DNA of 64,000 nt, from assembly GCA_951406725.2 (NCBI GenBank), contig OX597821.1, forward strand, positions 90,706,001 to 90,770,000, written 5' to 3'. Below the pieces are notes generated by a model. The model was not told the origin of the DNA. It ran no database searches and saw only the letters and a program-made list of their open reading frames with translations. Origin of the DNA: Octopus vulgaris (Eukaryota). Shown here one piece after another: positions 54,072 to 64,000 of the stretch. A program made the position numbers and the translations under genes. The first letter of the stretch is position 1; every line of letters begins with the position of its first letter.

Positions 54072-54984
54072 TACTAATGTTGTTTTTATAAATATAAAAA
54101 ACACTCATTACTGTATATCACCATCGTCATTACAATTTTCTGCCTTCATTATTTCCATTTGCCTGCGTTGGGTATGATATACAAATATGCTAGTTGTTAT
54201 GTTCCCTTGTCATCTCTTTTGCATCATTCAAAATCCTATGATTATCTCCCATCATCTCTGCATATGTCTTCTGTAGTCTTTCACATTCACAGCTTTCTTC
54301 TGCATCGGTCATCTGGCATTTATTTACTTACCTATCATTAGAGGTAAGATAATTCAAGAATGAATTAATCTCTGGTGATCATAATTTCTTGTGAAAATCC
54401 AGGGCTAATACAAGGGAGATAACAATTAAGATATTCTTATAAGTTACTTCTTGTGATCTGTGTATTTATTTCGAAATCCCGTTCAGTCTCGTGTAATCTC
54501 GAGTATCCTCATCCAGAAAGGAGACGAGTGCTAACACTTCCTTGTGGTCATGGGCCCGGAAACATGGGGTGCAAGTAGTGCAGGAGCACCCCCTAAAATT
54601 TTTGTTGGGTACAAAATAAAAATTTGCAACTCTATTTATTTTTCTCGTGTTTAGAGAATTGCGTCAAAAGTGATCTGTAAAAAGCAGCTTGAAGTTAAGT
54701 TTCTTTTCAAAGAACAAGATTAATAGCATTAAAGAAAAAGCAATAAGACTTTGTAAAAAAATTCGGACCTGGATTTGCACAGCCTAAGCAAATTTCATTC
54801 CCGAGCAAATGTTTGCGGTGCGCTTGAACAATTGCGAAGATCTTTTCACGTGAAACGATTGGTTGCCTTGTTAATCCACAAATAAAGTGAGTGTGTGTAT
54901 ACATATATATATATATATATATACAGTCACACACACACATTCATGTTCATGTACATATACATACATGCATAAATATAGACATAT

Positions 54985-55491
54985 ACTTTTATTCATTTAT
55001 TTGTTTCAGTCCTTTGACTGCAGCCATGCTGGAGCACCACCTCCTAGTCGAACAAGTCGACCCCAGGTCTTATTTTTATAAGCCTAGTACTTATTCTATC
55101 AGTTTCTTTTGCTGAACCACTAAGTTATGGGGACGTAGACACGCCAACATCGGTTGTCAAGCGATGGTGAGCGGACAAACTCAGACACACAAACATACAT
55201 ACATATATATATCACTTTGATCACTTTGACCGACCAGTCCGTCAGGCGTCCATTTGACACCGCTGGTCACAGCACGCTGTCCACTCTTCTCTGGATCGCG
55301 CCTTTCTCATCCACGTGATCCCAATCGTCCTCTTGAAATCGTCACTCCACTGTCGTGGACGTCTTCCGGGTGGTCTTTTCCGCTCACGCGGGTACCACCC
55401 GACGACTGCGTGCGTCCACCGATTATCGGTGAGCCGGGCGACGTGTCCAGCCCATCTATACTTGCTGCGCTGGAAAAGGAAAAGGGCCTCA

Positions 55492-55552
<61 letters not shown>

Positions 55553-55680
55553 CACAACAAGCTTTTTTCAGTTTCCGTCTACCACTCACCAGGCTTTGGT
55601 CGGCCCGAGGCTATAGAAGACGACATTTGCCCAAGGTGTTACGCAGTGGGACTGAACATGGAGGTACTTACCACATCCAC
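54985..55680 (-). mobile_element. SINE family A with an RTE fragment nested in its (TA)n
   Basis: Tail and body 54985-55200; head side 55555-55680. Confidence 0.9.
55211..55492 (-). mobile_element. Young RTE-clade LINE 3' end
   Basis: SKYRWAGHVARLTDNRWTHAVVGWYPRERKRPPGRRPRQWSDDF...W.RKARSREEW; tail (caaagtgat)2; CpG-rich. Confidence 0.92.
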
Positions 55681-56511
55681 ATCTTATATACATACAAACA
55701 TACAATTATTGTTAGCTATTTTCATATGCTAAATTCTACTTATGCAATAAGGCTAAATTTGCAGTTACAACAGAAGACACTTAACTAAAGTACCAAACAA
55801 TGGAGAGAAAGCAGCAGTACAAGGTTGAGAATCGAAATTCTTAACCACAGAGTCATGCTAGAGCTTGCAATAAGTTAGCTGCCTTCAACCAGATATTTCG
55901 AGAAAATGATTATTAAGATATATCTTTCGATATCTCCCTAAAGCTGAAACTTAATTTATTCTGTAAGCCTATAATTGACTAAACAAACGCAAAATATAAC
56001 GATGAAAACCCACAAAAATAAAGACTAAAAAACAAGTAGCAAACAGCCGAACAGATAAAATCAGGAAACAAATATGATAAGAAGGAAAGAAAACGAAAAA
56101 TACCCCCTTCTACACCATAAGCAACCACAACAACAATAAAATCAAGTATATGAAGAAAATTAATATAAATGGAAAATAAATAAATATTAAAATGAAGGGA
56201 AAATAAATGTAAATTTGCAAAGAAAATTTTTATCAAAAAAAAATACCTTTAGGGTGATCATTAAAAATTAACCTAGTTTTCATTTGACCTTCAAAGGTTT
56301 ATGAAATCTGCAAACAAAAAAATAAATGTCAATCAATTAAAGATATGGGAAAATCAAATATATTGAATGAAATCAACAATTACAACAACAGTAACAACAG
56401 CGATACTTTCATACTGAACAGATGAGGTGGGGACATTATAGGGAAAATTATAAAAATGGTAGGGATTACAAAGAATCAAGTACCAGAAAAAATTTGTATA
56501 GAAAAACAATA

Positions 56512-56925
56512 ATAGGCGCAGGAGTGGCTGTGTGGTAAGTAGCTTGCTAACGAGCCACATGGTTCCGGGTTTAGTCCCACTGCGTGGCATCTTGGGCAAG
56601 TGTCTTCTGCTATAGCCCCGGACCGACCAATGCCTTGTGAGTGGATTTGGTAGACGGAAACTGAAAGAAGCCCGTCGTGTATATGTATATATATATATAA
56701 GTGTGTGTGTATATGTTTGTGTGTCTGTGTTTGTCCTCCTAGCATTGCTTGACAACCGATGCTGGTATGTTTACGTCCCCATCATTTAGCGGTTCGGCAA
56801 AAGAGATCGATAGAATAAGTACTGGGCTTACAAAGAATAAGTCCCGGGGTCGATTTGCTCGACTAAAGGCGGTGCTCCAGCATGTCCGCAGTCAAATGAC
56901 TGAAACAAGTAAAAGAGTAAGAGTA
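56512..56925 (+). mobile_element. SINE family A, full length
   Basis: Colinear with the other copies. Confidence 0.95.
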
Positions 56926-56941
56926 AATCAGCAGCAAGGGA

Positions 56942-57560
56942 ATAATGGTTTCAAATTTTGGCACAAAGCCAGCAATTCTAAAGGGAGTGGGTAAGTCGAT
57001 TACATCAATCCCCTTGTTCAGCTGTACTTATTTTATTGACAGTGAAAGCATGAAAGAAGAAGTCGCCCTTGGTGGAATTTGAACTCAAGCCGTAAAGATG
57101 GATGAAATGGCATTTTGTCTGGCGTGCTGATTTTTTCCTACTCTAGGCACAAGGCCCATAAATTTTGGGGGAGGGGGCCAGTCGATTAGATCGATCCCAG
57201 TACGCAACTGGTACTTAATTTATCGAGCCCCGAAAGGATGAAAGGCAAAGTCGACCTTGACGGATATGGAACTCAGAACGTAAAGACAGACAAAATATCG
57301 CTTTCCATTTCACCCGGCGTGCTAACGATTCTGTCAGCTTGCTGTCTTAAGGACAGGAAATAATAAATAAAAATGCTGTTACTATTATTAACAAATTAGT
57401 TATAAAGCAAGCAATTTTGTAGGGGTGTGGACTTGAGTAGTACTTTGTCTTTTCACCTTGAAGGGAAGAAAACCAAAGTTGTCTTCGTTGGGATTCGATC
57501 TCAGAACTTTAAAAGCAGTAGCTTAATACTGCAAAACAGTTATTGGCTACAGTTTTAAGA
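56942..57560 (-). mobile_element. Three head-to-tail SINE family D copies of differing divergence
   Basis: Units ~56942-57130, 57130-57350 and 57360-57560, each with a tgaaagg..aaagtcg..c..gg.gga.ttgaactca-type block. Confidence 0.8.
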
Positions 57561-57574
57561 TTTAGCCTTGTTTA

Positions 57575-57975
57575 TTTTAAATCTACATCTTGAAGATGGT
57601 CTGGGATGCAACGTTAGTGATGTTTCTAGGGTCTCAGACGGTTTCAAGTCTTTCAACATCAGACTCCCTCACCCAGTTGACCCAGCCGGGGTTGATCAAA
57701 TACCAGCTTGTATCCCAATAGTAACAAACCACAGGTATTCCCTCTTTATCCAAAGCCACCTAGCAAGCTTCTCTGTAGATTTAGCAATGTAATTGATAAA
57801 CCTCCTTTTTTGCTGCAGCAGTAACTCCAAGCCAAGTCAAAGCTCTGCAGAATGAATGCCCACAACACCTTGACAACCCACTTCAATTGCCTCACAACGA
57901 GGCTTGTTAGCCCTGCATTCTGCACTGTTTTACAGTTCCTTGCATTTGGCAAGCTTCCTCTCAGTGCACAGTCAG
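57575..57975 (-). mobile_element. HERO/NeSL-like RLE non-LTR 3' fragment
   Basis: ERKLAKCKEL and CEAIEVGCQG (compare PxEVGCRG), followed by a GC-richer UTR-like block. Confidence 0.55.
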
Positions 57976-57998
57976 TTCCCATAAGAATACATATAGAG

Positions 57999-58199
57999 CA
58001 GTGATTTTCAACCAGGGTTCCGCCAGTACAGTCCAGGGGTTCCGCAAGAAGTTACAAAACTGCTAAAATCGGCAGTAATTTTTAAGTCTTCTGTGCAGAT
58101 ATGTGTGCATAAGACTATTAAATTATTGCACAGGGGTTCCTCAAGCCAGTGGAATGTTTCCTTGGGGTTCCGCTCCAGCAAAATGTTTGAAAGGCACTG
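57999..58199. mobile_element. hAT-type MITE
   Basis: CAGTG.ttttcaa / ttgaaagg-CACTG termini, repeated gggttccg subterminal motifs, 8 bp TSD atatagag/atatatag. Confidence 0.85.
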
Positions 58200-58854
58200 A
58201 TATATAGAGAGAAAGAGGACATACAGAAAGACAGAGATACACATACAAGTGTAATTAAATATTCACAATGAACTCCTAATTTGTACTATTGGTGAGAAAA
58301 GTAGTTGTGTATACACTACAAGACCTGAACTCACTTTTTGCCCCTATGGTGCACGCTGGAACTTGAAATGTAAATTAAATTACCATTAACCATGACTAGT
58401 CTGTTTGCTTCTAAATAAAGCAGCATCCTGAAATTTCTAGAGATACACGATAGTATGAAACGGCGTGATTGAATCCTATCCAAAATGGATGTGATTAATA
58501 ACACCCTTAACTGAAGTGCTCGAAGAACTGGGAATTTTGTCATGAAACCATACTGAAAGAGGAGCACTCATAGAGCGCTAACCTTCATCAAGGCAATACC
58601 AACGATTAGCTGGAGATGAATTTTAAAATGAGAATATCTGAAGTAAACTCGACTACTCTCACAAACGGGAATATCAAAAATGAACTCGCACACAAAAATT
58701 AAGTAAAAATACCGGAAAAATAATCCAGAATCCTTGTTCGGTACTTGATCCATCCCAATGGTAGTCATGGAATGTGAAGGTGGGTGTTCGAGCCATGTTT
58801 GTAATGCTATGTGTGTGTCGTTTGCCGTGGGAACAAGGACAGTTTTCCATATGA

Positions 58855-58965
58855 AGGCCTTTTTTTAGTCTATCCACTGATATAGTGCCTTTACGACCAT
58901 AAAGGTCTATAGTGAAAAGTTTATCCGTGCGTGAAAGGAAATGGAAAGGACCTGCTACGATGCTG
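58855..58965 (-). mobile_element. Gypsy integrase GPY/F-module remnant
   Basis: AGPFHFLSRTDKLFTIDLYGRKGTISVDRLK. Confidence 0.7.
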
Positions 58966-59239
58966 TTAACGGAGGTTGAACTACATCGTTGCGCACAAAA
59001 ACATAAAGCTTTCTTCAAGGCAGATCTGGAAATGCAATTGTCAAGTAGGTAACAGGTTTTAAACAGGAGCGATATATTCAAAATTGGTAAAACTAAAAAT
59101 TGTCGAGGATAGATTAAATTTATTATTGTTCCAAAATATTTTAGCGTTATTTAATTTCTGATCGGTCTCGTTGCCGTTTGTTTATGTAGTTTTATTTCTT
59201 TATCCACCAGTTTCTACTAAGATAGAGACGCGAGTAAGA

Positions 59240-59625
59240 TCTTTATATATAAAAGTAAGGTTGTGTGTCTGTCTCCTACGATTTAGATTCCTAACTACTC
59301 CCACATTTTGCGGTGCAGTTTAACCAAAACCGGGTATCTTATAGTCGTGATTCATATCGAGCCCTTCTGGGTATTAGCGCGCGTCTACGATGAGTCTACG
59401 ATTTTTAAAATATTTTTTCCATTTTAATGCATTTTTTCGCTATTATATAAGGGAAGTAACTCTCTAAAAATGTCTACGATGAGTCAACGATTTAAAAAAA
59501 ATTTACCATCATTTTTTTTCCATTTTTAATGCATTTTTAAAACTATTTTTTGGCTATAACTCTCTAAATATGCTTATATAGTTATTTCCCTTACAAGCCC
59601 GAGCAACGCCGGGCGATACTGCTAG
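59240..59625 (+). mobile_element. Non-autonomous Helitron, complete
   Basis: A|TC start, internal ~90 bp duplication, hairpin gcccg...cgggc, CTAG|T end. Confidence 0.9.
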
Positions 59626-59739
59626 TTAATAATAAAGAAACGAAAATAAAAGTTTGGAAACAGCAACGCCGCCATAGCTTACGTGAAAACCATCAGAGAA
59701 AGACTTTAAAGTCCTTAAGATCGTAATACTTCATGTAAA

Positions 59740-59948
59740 GTAAAGTAAATATAACAAATAATCCAAAATCCTTGTCCAGAACAGGATCGATCCTAAAATC
59801 TAATCAGTTCGTGTTGGTCAAGAGGCCAAACATCCCTGAAAGTTTCATCGAATCTATCCAGTGGTTCTCGAGATATCTTGTCCACGGATAAACAAACAAA
59901 CAAATGCGACTGAACACAATACCTCCATTTTGCGAAGGCAGAGGTAAT
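59740..59948 (+). mobile_element. Helentron/DINE-like element
   Basis: aaagtttcatcgaatctatccagtggttctcgagata, (aaac)n, terminal hairpin aatacctcc...gaggtaat. Confidence 0.55.
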
Positions 59949-59997
59949 ATGCAAATATACATATATACCAAAAAACCAAAAAAAAAAAAAAGAAATG

Positions 59998-60379
59998 AGT
60001 TGCTTACCAACCACATGGTTCCGGGTTCAGTCCCACTGCGTGGCATCTTGGGCAAGTGTCTTCTACTATAGTCTCGGGCCGACCAATGCCTTGTGAGTGG
60101 ATTTGGTAGACGGAAACTGAAAGAAGCCCGTCGTATATATGTATATATATATATGTGTGCGTGTATGTTTGTGTGTCTGTGTTTGCCCCCTCAACATCGC
60201 TTGACAACCGATGCTGGTGTGTTTACGTCCCCGCCACTTAGCGGTTCGGCAAAAGGGACCGATAGAATAAGTATTGGGCTTACAAAGAACAAGTCCCAGG
60301 GTCGAGTTGCTCGACTAAAGGCGGTGCTCCAGCATGGCCGCAGTCAACTGACTGAAACAAGTAAATGAGTAAAAGAGTA
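59998..60379 (+). mobile_element. SINE family A, slightly 5'-truncated
   Basis: Colinear with the other copies. Confidence 0.93.
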
Positions 60380-60382
60380 TCC

Positions 60383-60422
<40 letters not shown>

Positions 60423-60699
60423 TATGTTATACAATGCTAAAGGTATTGTGGTGTAGATAGTCATTCAAATAGGTCTCTGAGAAATCCAAAATCTTAAACT
60501 TCAACTTATTCATCAGGGCTGGAATGTCCACAAGAAATCTGGCTAGAAGAACGATCATCATTGAACGGGCATGGACGTACGAAGGTTGGCAAACAATAAC
60601 AGATGTAAGGAATTTATTCATGTGAAAAGATGCATTTACAATTTACATGATGTAAAATTGTTTTCACCAACATCGCCACCCTCATCAATATCTCAAAAC

Positions 60700-61000
60700 C
60701 ATCATCATCATCATCATCATCATCCACAACACTACCATCTACCATCTTCCTCCACTTCCTCATCCTCTTCCTCCTCCTCCTTCTCTTCCTCCTCCTTCTC
60801 TTCCTCCTCCTTCTCTTCCTCCTCCTTCTCTTCCTCCTCCTTCTCTTCCTCCTCCTTCTCTTCCTCCTCCTTCTCTTCCTTCTCCTTCTCTTCCTCCTCC
60901 TTCCCCTCCTTCTCCTTCTCGTCCTCATCCTCCTTCTCTTCCTCATCCTCATCTTCCTCCTCCTTCTCCCCTTCCTCCTCCTCTTCATCATCGTCATCAT
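60700..61000. repeat. Polypyrimidine tract with 15-nt unit TTCTCTTCCTCCTCC, flanked by (CAT)n
   Basis: Direct reading. Confidence 0.9.
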
Positions 61001-61414
61001 TATTTAATGCAACTTTTTCATGCTGGCATGGTTCAGATAGATCGTCACAGACCGATTCAATGCACATTTGGAGTCACTACATTCTTGGTCAAGTTGGGGA
61101 CCACATTTTATCTATGTTCTCTTTTCAGTACGGCTTCTACAGTTTCTGGCCCTTCCTATCACCAAACAAACACTCTACGAAGTATTTGGCAATAAGAAAG
61201 GTCTTAATTGTTATGATCCCAGCACTAAAAGTGTTACCTTCTTCCAACTAGAGTAATGATTACACACATACACAGATACTTTCATATATACGTACACATG
61301 CACATACACATACACTTACATACATACACACATTTATATGCCCATACGTATGCACACTCATACATACATGCATTTTAACATCTACTTTTTCAAGGTTGCT
61401 TGCATCAAATGATG

Positions 61415-61817
61415 ATACTCTTTTATTCTTTTACTTGTTTCAGTCATTTGACTGCGGCCATGCTGGAGCACCGCTTTTAGTCGAGCAAATCGACCCCGGG
61501 ACTTATTCTTTGTAAGCCCAGTACTTATTCTATCGGTCTCTTTTGCCGAACCGCTAAGTGACAGGGACGTAAACACACCAGCATCGGTTGTCAAACAATG
61601 CTAGGGAGACAAACACAGACACACAAACACATACACACATACATATATATATATATATACACATATATACGACAGGCTTATTTCAGTTTCCGTCTACCAA
61701 ATCCACTCACAAGGCTATAGCAGAAGACACTTGCCCAAGATGCCACGCAGTGGGACTGAACCCGGAACCATGTGGTTGGTTAGCAAGCTACTTACCACAC
61801 AGCCACTCCTGCGCCTA
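61415..61817 (-). mobile_element. SINE family A
   Basis: Colinear reverse complement with a small deletion. Confidence 0.95.
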
Positions 61818-62284
61818 ATTGATAGGTTTTCTCTGTAATATTAATTCATTGGAAAGAATCATCATAACAACAATTCCTATCCCACCCTTAGATGACGGCT
61901 ATGGAAAAAGCTAAATACTCAACTAAACCTTCCACAAGACTTAGATTAGGTGTAAAATCACTCCTATAACATCCTTCCTCCATTATCATAGCAGGGAAAC
62001 ACAGACATTATAGACTAAATCATATTGCTTAAACACCGTCCAATTTTATATTTAATCAACTAGGTATATAATTATTTTATTAATTTATCAGTCTTAGCTT
62101 TTGAATCACTGCCAGGCTGGGGTTCTACCTTCAAGGGCTTTTGTTGATTTTGTCATATCAACAGCAGTTCTTATTCATTTATTATTTTATCGATCTCACA
62201 AATGATTGAAAACAAGTTATTCTCAAAGCAAAGGGATATAACTCAGTTGTAAATAAATATTGCAAGCTTTATTTTTTGTTTGAC

Positions 62285-62598
62285 ATACCAATTTCGTACA
62301 AACACCAACACCACCCCCAGTGCTGATACCACAGCACTCGTGGTGGTACCAGCATAGGTGCTGGTGTCACATAAAGAACACCCAGCACACTCTGTAAAAT
62401 GGTTGGCATTAGAAAGGGTTTCTAACAATTGAAACCATTTCAGAACAGATAATAGAGCCTGGTGCAGACCCAGCCTTACTAGCTCTAGTCCAACCCATGC
62501 CCGCGTAGAAAACAGATGTTAAATGATGATGATGATAATGATGATGATGCTGATGCTGATGATGATGATGGCTACGACGACGATGATGATGATGATCC
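62285..62598 (+). mobile_element. (GAT)n-tailed retroposon 3' end, diverged
   Basis: tggttggcattagaaagggt...caacccatgccc...gatgttaaat(gat)n; related to 24770-24917. Confidence 0.7.
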
Positions 62599-62923
62599 CA
62601 TTGATAGTGGTACACATACAAATTCTCATCGTTGCTTTATGTCCACTTTCCCTGCTGGTATGAGTTGGACAGACCACAAAGTTAGAATCAGCATTTATTC
62701 GACTCCTTTCCTTACACCAAACACTTTGTAGACTTTACAGTTTTTCTCAGAACCAACACTTAAGAGATTGTCTGATCCTCAACAAAACTACATAGTCTTC
62801 TCTTGACTCCATGTCTGTTTTCACTTGCCAACCCTTTTACAGAGAGTTCAGAATAAATTTATAGCATCCTCAAAAAACGTGGAGTTGCCACACAACCTAA
62901 AGATTTGAAAGCCTACTATTATT

Positions 62924-63144
62924 CTAACCTTTTAGCATTTAAATATCCGGCCTAAATATTCTACCTGCGTTATGTTGAAACTGATTAGATCTTGCCTCTC
63001 ACGCATACCTTTAAGTGTCATACTAAAAGCATGCAATCACCTCATTGAGCTCTCAATTCTATGAGATAATGCAAAATTAATTGAAAACAATGTGGATAAA
63101 AAAGCTTTGCATTTGATGGCGTAATCGGAATGCTAAAGGATTAA
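62924..63144 (+). mobile_element. piggyBac-like MITE family P1
   Basis: (c)TAA-ccttttagcatt ... aatgctaaagga-TTAA. Confidence 0.8.
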
Positions 63145-63689
63145 ATTATTTGTTCACTTTGGATGATTTAATTGAGGATGGATCAAAAAGGTGAAAGAAA
63201 TAACAGGAGGAAAAGAAAGAGAGAGTGGTCAAAGGAGTGAGAGCAAAGGTGAGACTAATGGTAGGCGTACTTCAGGATGGGTAAGAGGAACTAAGGGAGT
63301 AGGATGAGAGGGAAGGGGTAGAACAAGAAATATGAATTATCAATGGTGTCAATTCTATCGACGAAAATTCTTCAAAGCGCTGCCCCAGCATGGCCGCAGT
63401 GAAATGACAGAATCAAGAAAAAGATTTTTAAAAATGTAGAGTACTGGAGAAACAGGAAGGCCAGATTGGTCCAGAGATATCCTTATTTGCAGAGGAGAGA
63501 TCCTCTGCTTTCTTCAATCACATGATTATGGATTCCATGTAGTTTCCTTAAACAGAATTTTGCCACCTTGTGACTGGACTGATGGTAATATATTTAGAAA
63601 GATTAAATTTGAGTTTCCACATTTCTGTTCTCTTTGCCGAGATAATTCATCACAGAAACATAGCTATACAAGCATACGGAGATACATAT

Positions 63690-63906
63690 ACTCTTTACTC
63701 TTTACTCTTTAACTTGTTTCAGTCATTTGACTGCGGCCATGCTGGAGCACCGCCTTTAATCGAGCAACTCGACCCCGGGACTTATTATTTTGTAAGCCCA
63801 GTACTTATTCTATCGGTCTCTTTTGCCGAACCGCTAAGTAACAGGAACATAATCACACCAGCATCAGTTGTCAAGCAATGCTAAGGGGACAAACACAGAC
63901 ACACAA

Positions 63907-63965
<59 letters not shown>

Positions 63966-64000
63966 TACGACGGGCTTCTTTCAGTTTCTGTCTACCAAAT
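63690..64000 (-). mobile_element. SINE family A, cut by window end
   Basis: Tail (ctctttta)n and body. Confidence 0.93.

Noticed and set aside
54551-54890. Possible hAT-like 5' terminus (catgggcccgga...gcaccccc)
   Set aside because: No matching opposite end or TSD.
57640-57672. Minus-strand CTGATG...GAAAC in the HERO-like 3' UTR
   Set aside because: It lacks A9 and the three-stem topology.
60472-60610. Open frame ending at a GTAAGG donor-like site
   Set aside because: No polypyrimidine tract at the acceptor and an unrecognisable peptide.
60571-61251. 226 aa Ser-rich ORF and opposite-strand Glu/Arg-rich ORFs
   Set aside because: Products of the polypyrimidine repeat.

Overview
AT-rich eukaryotic non-coding DNA, intronic or intergenic, with no host protein-coding exon that I can recognise. 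The SINE families and dense (TA)n/(CA)n microsatellites suggest an octopus genome (inference from recall, not a search). Most listed ORFs are microsatellite or SINE artefacts. The window holds about 30 tRNA-derived SINE copies built from swappable head, central and tail modules. It also holds fragments of CR1-like, RTE, R4/Dong, HERO-like, Penelope (RT + GIY-YIG) and Gypsy retroelements, and DNA transposon remnants: Tc1, mariner, maT, pogo/Tigger, Helitron, and piggyBac-, hAT- and Merlin-like MITEs. The most interesting signal is a set of short non-coding cassettes in or beside (TA)n tracts that carry type I hammerhead-ribozyme folds with palindromic stem III. There are five such motifs from four unrelated families plus one dead-core relative, and four lie within 36.1-39.2 kb, near a decayed Penelope ORF. 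Two SINE-LINE 3'-end partnerships are also visible directly in the window. All calls were made by eye; element ends without a target-site duplication (TSD) are approximate.
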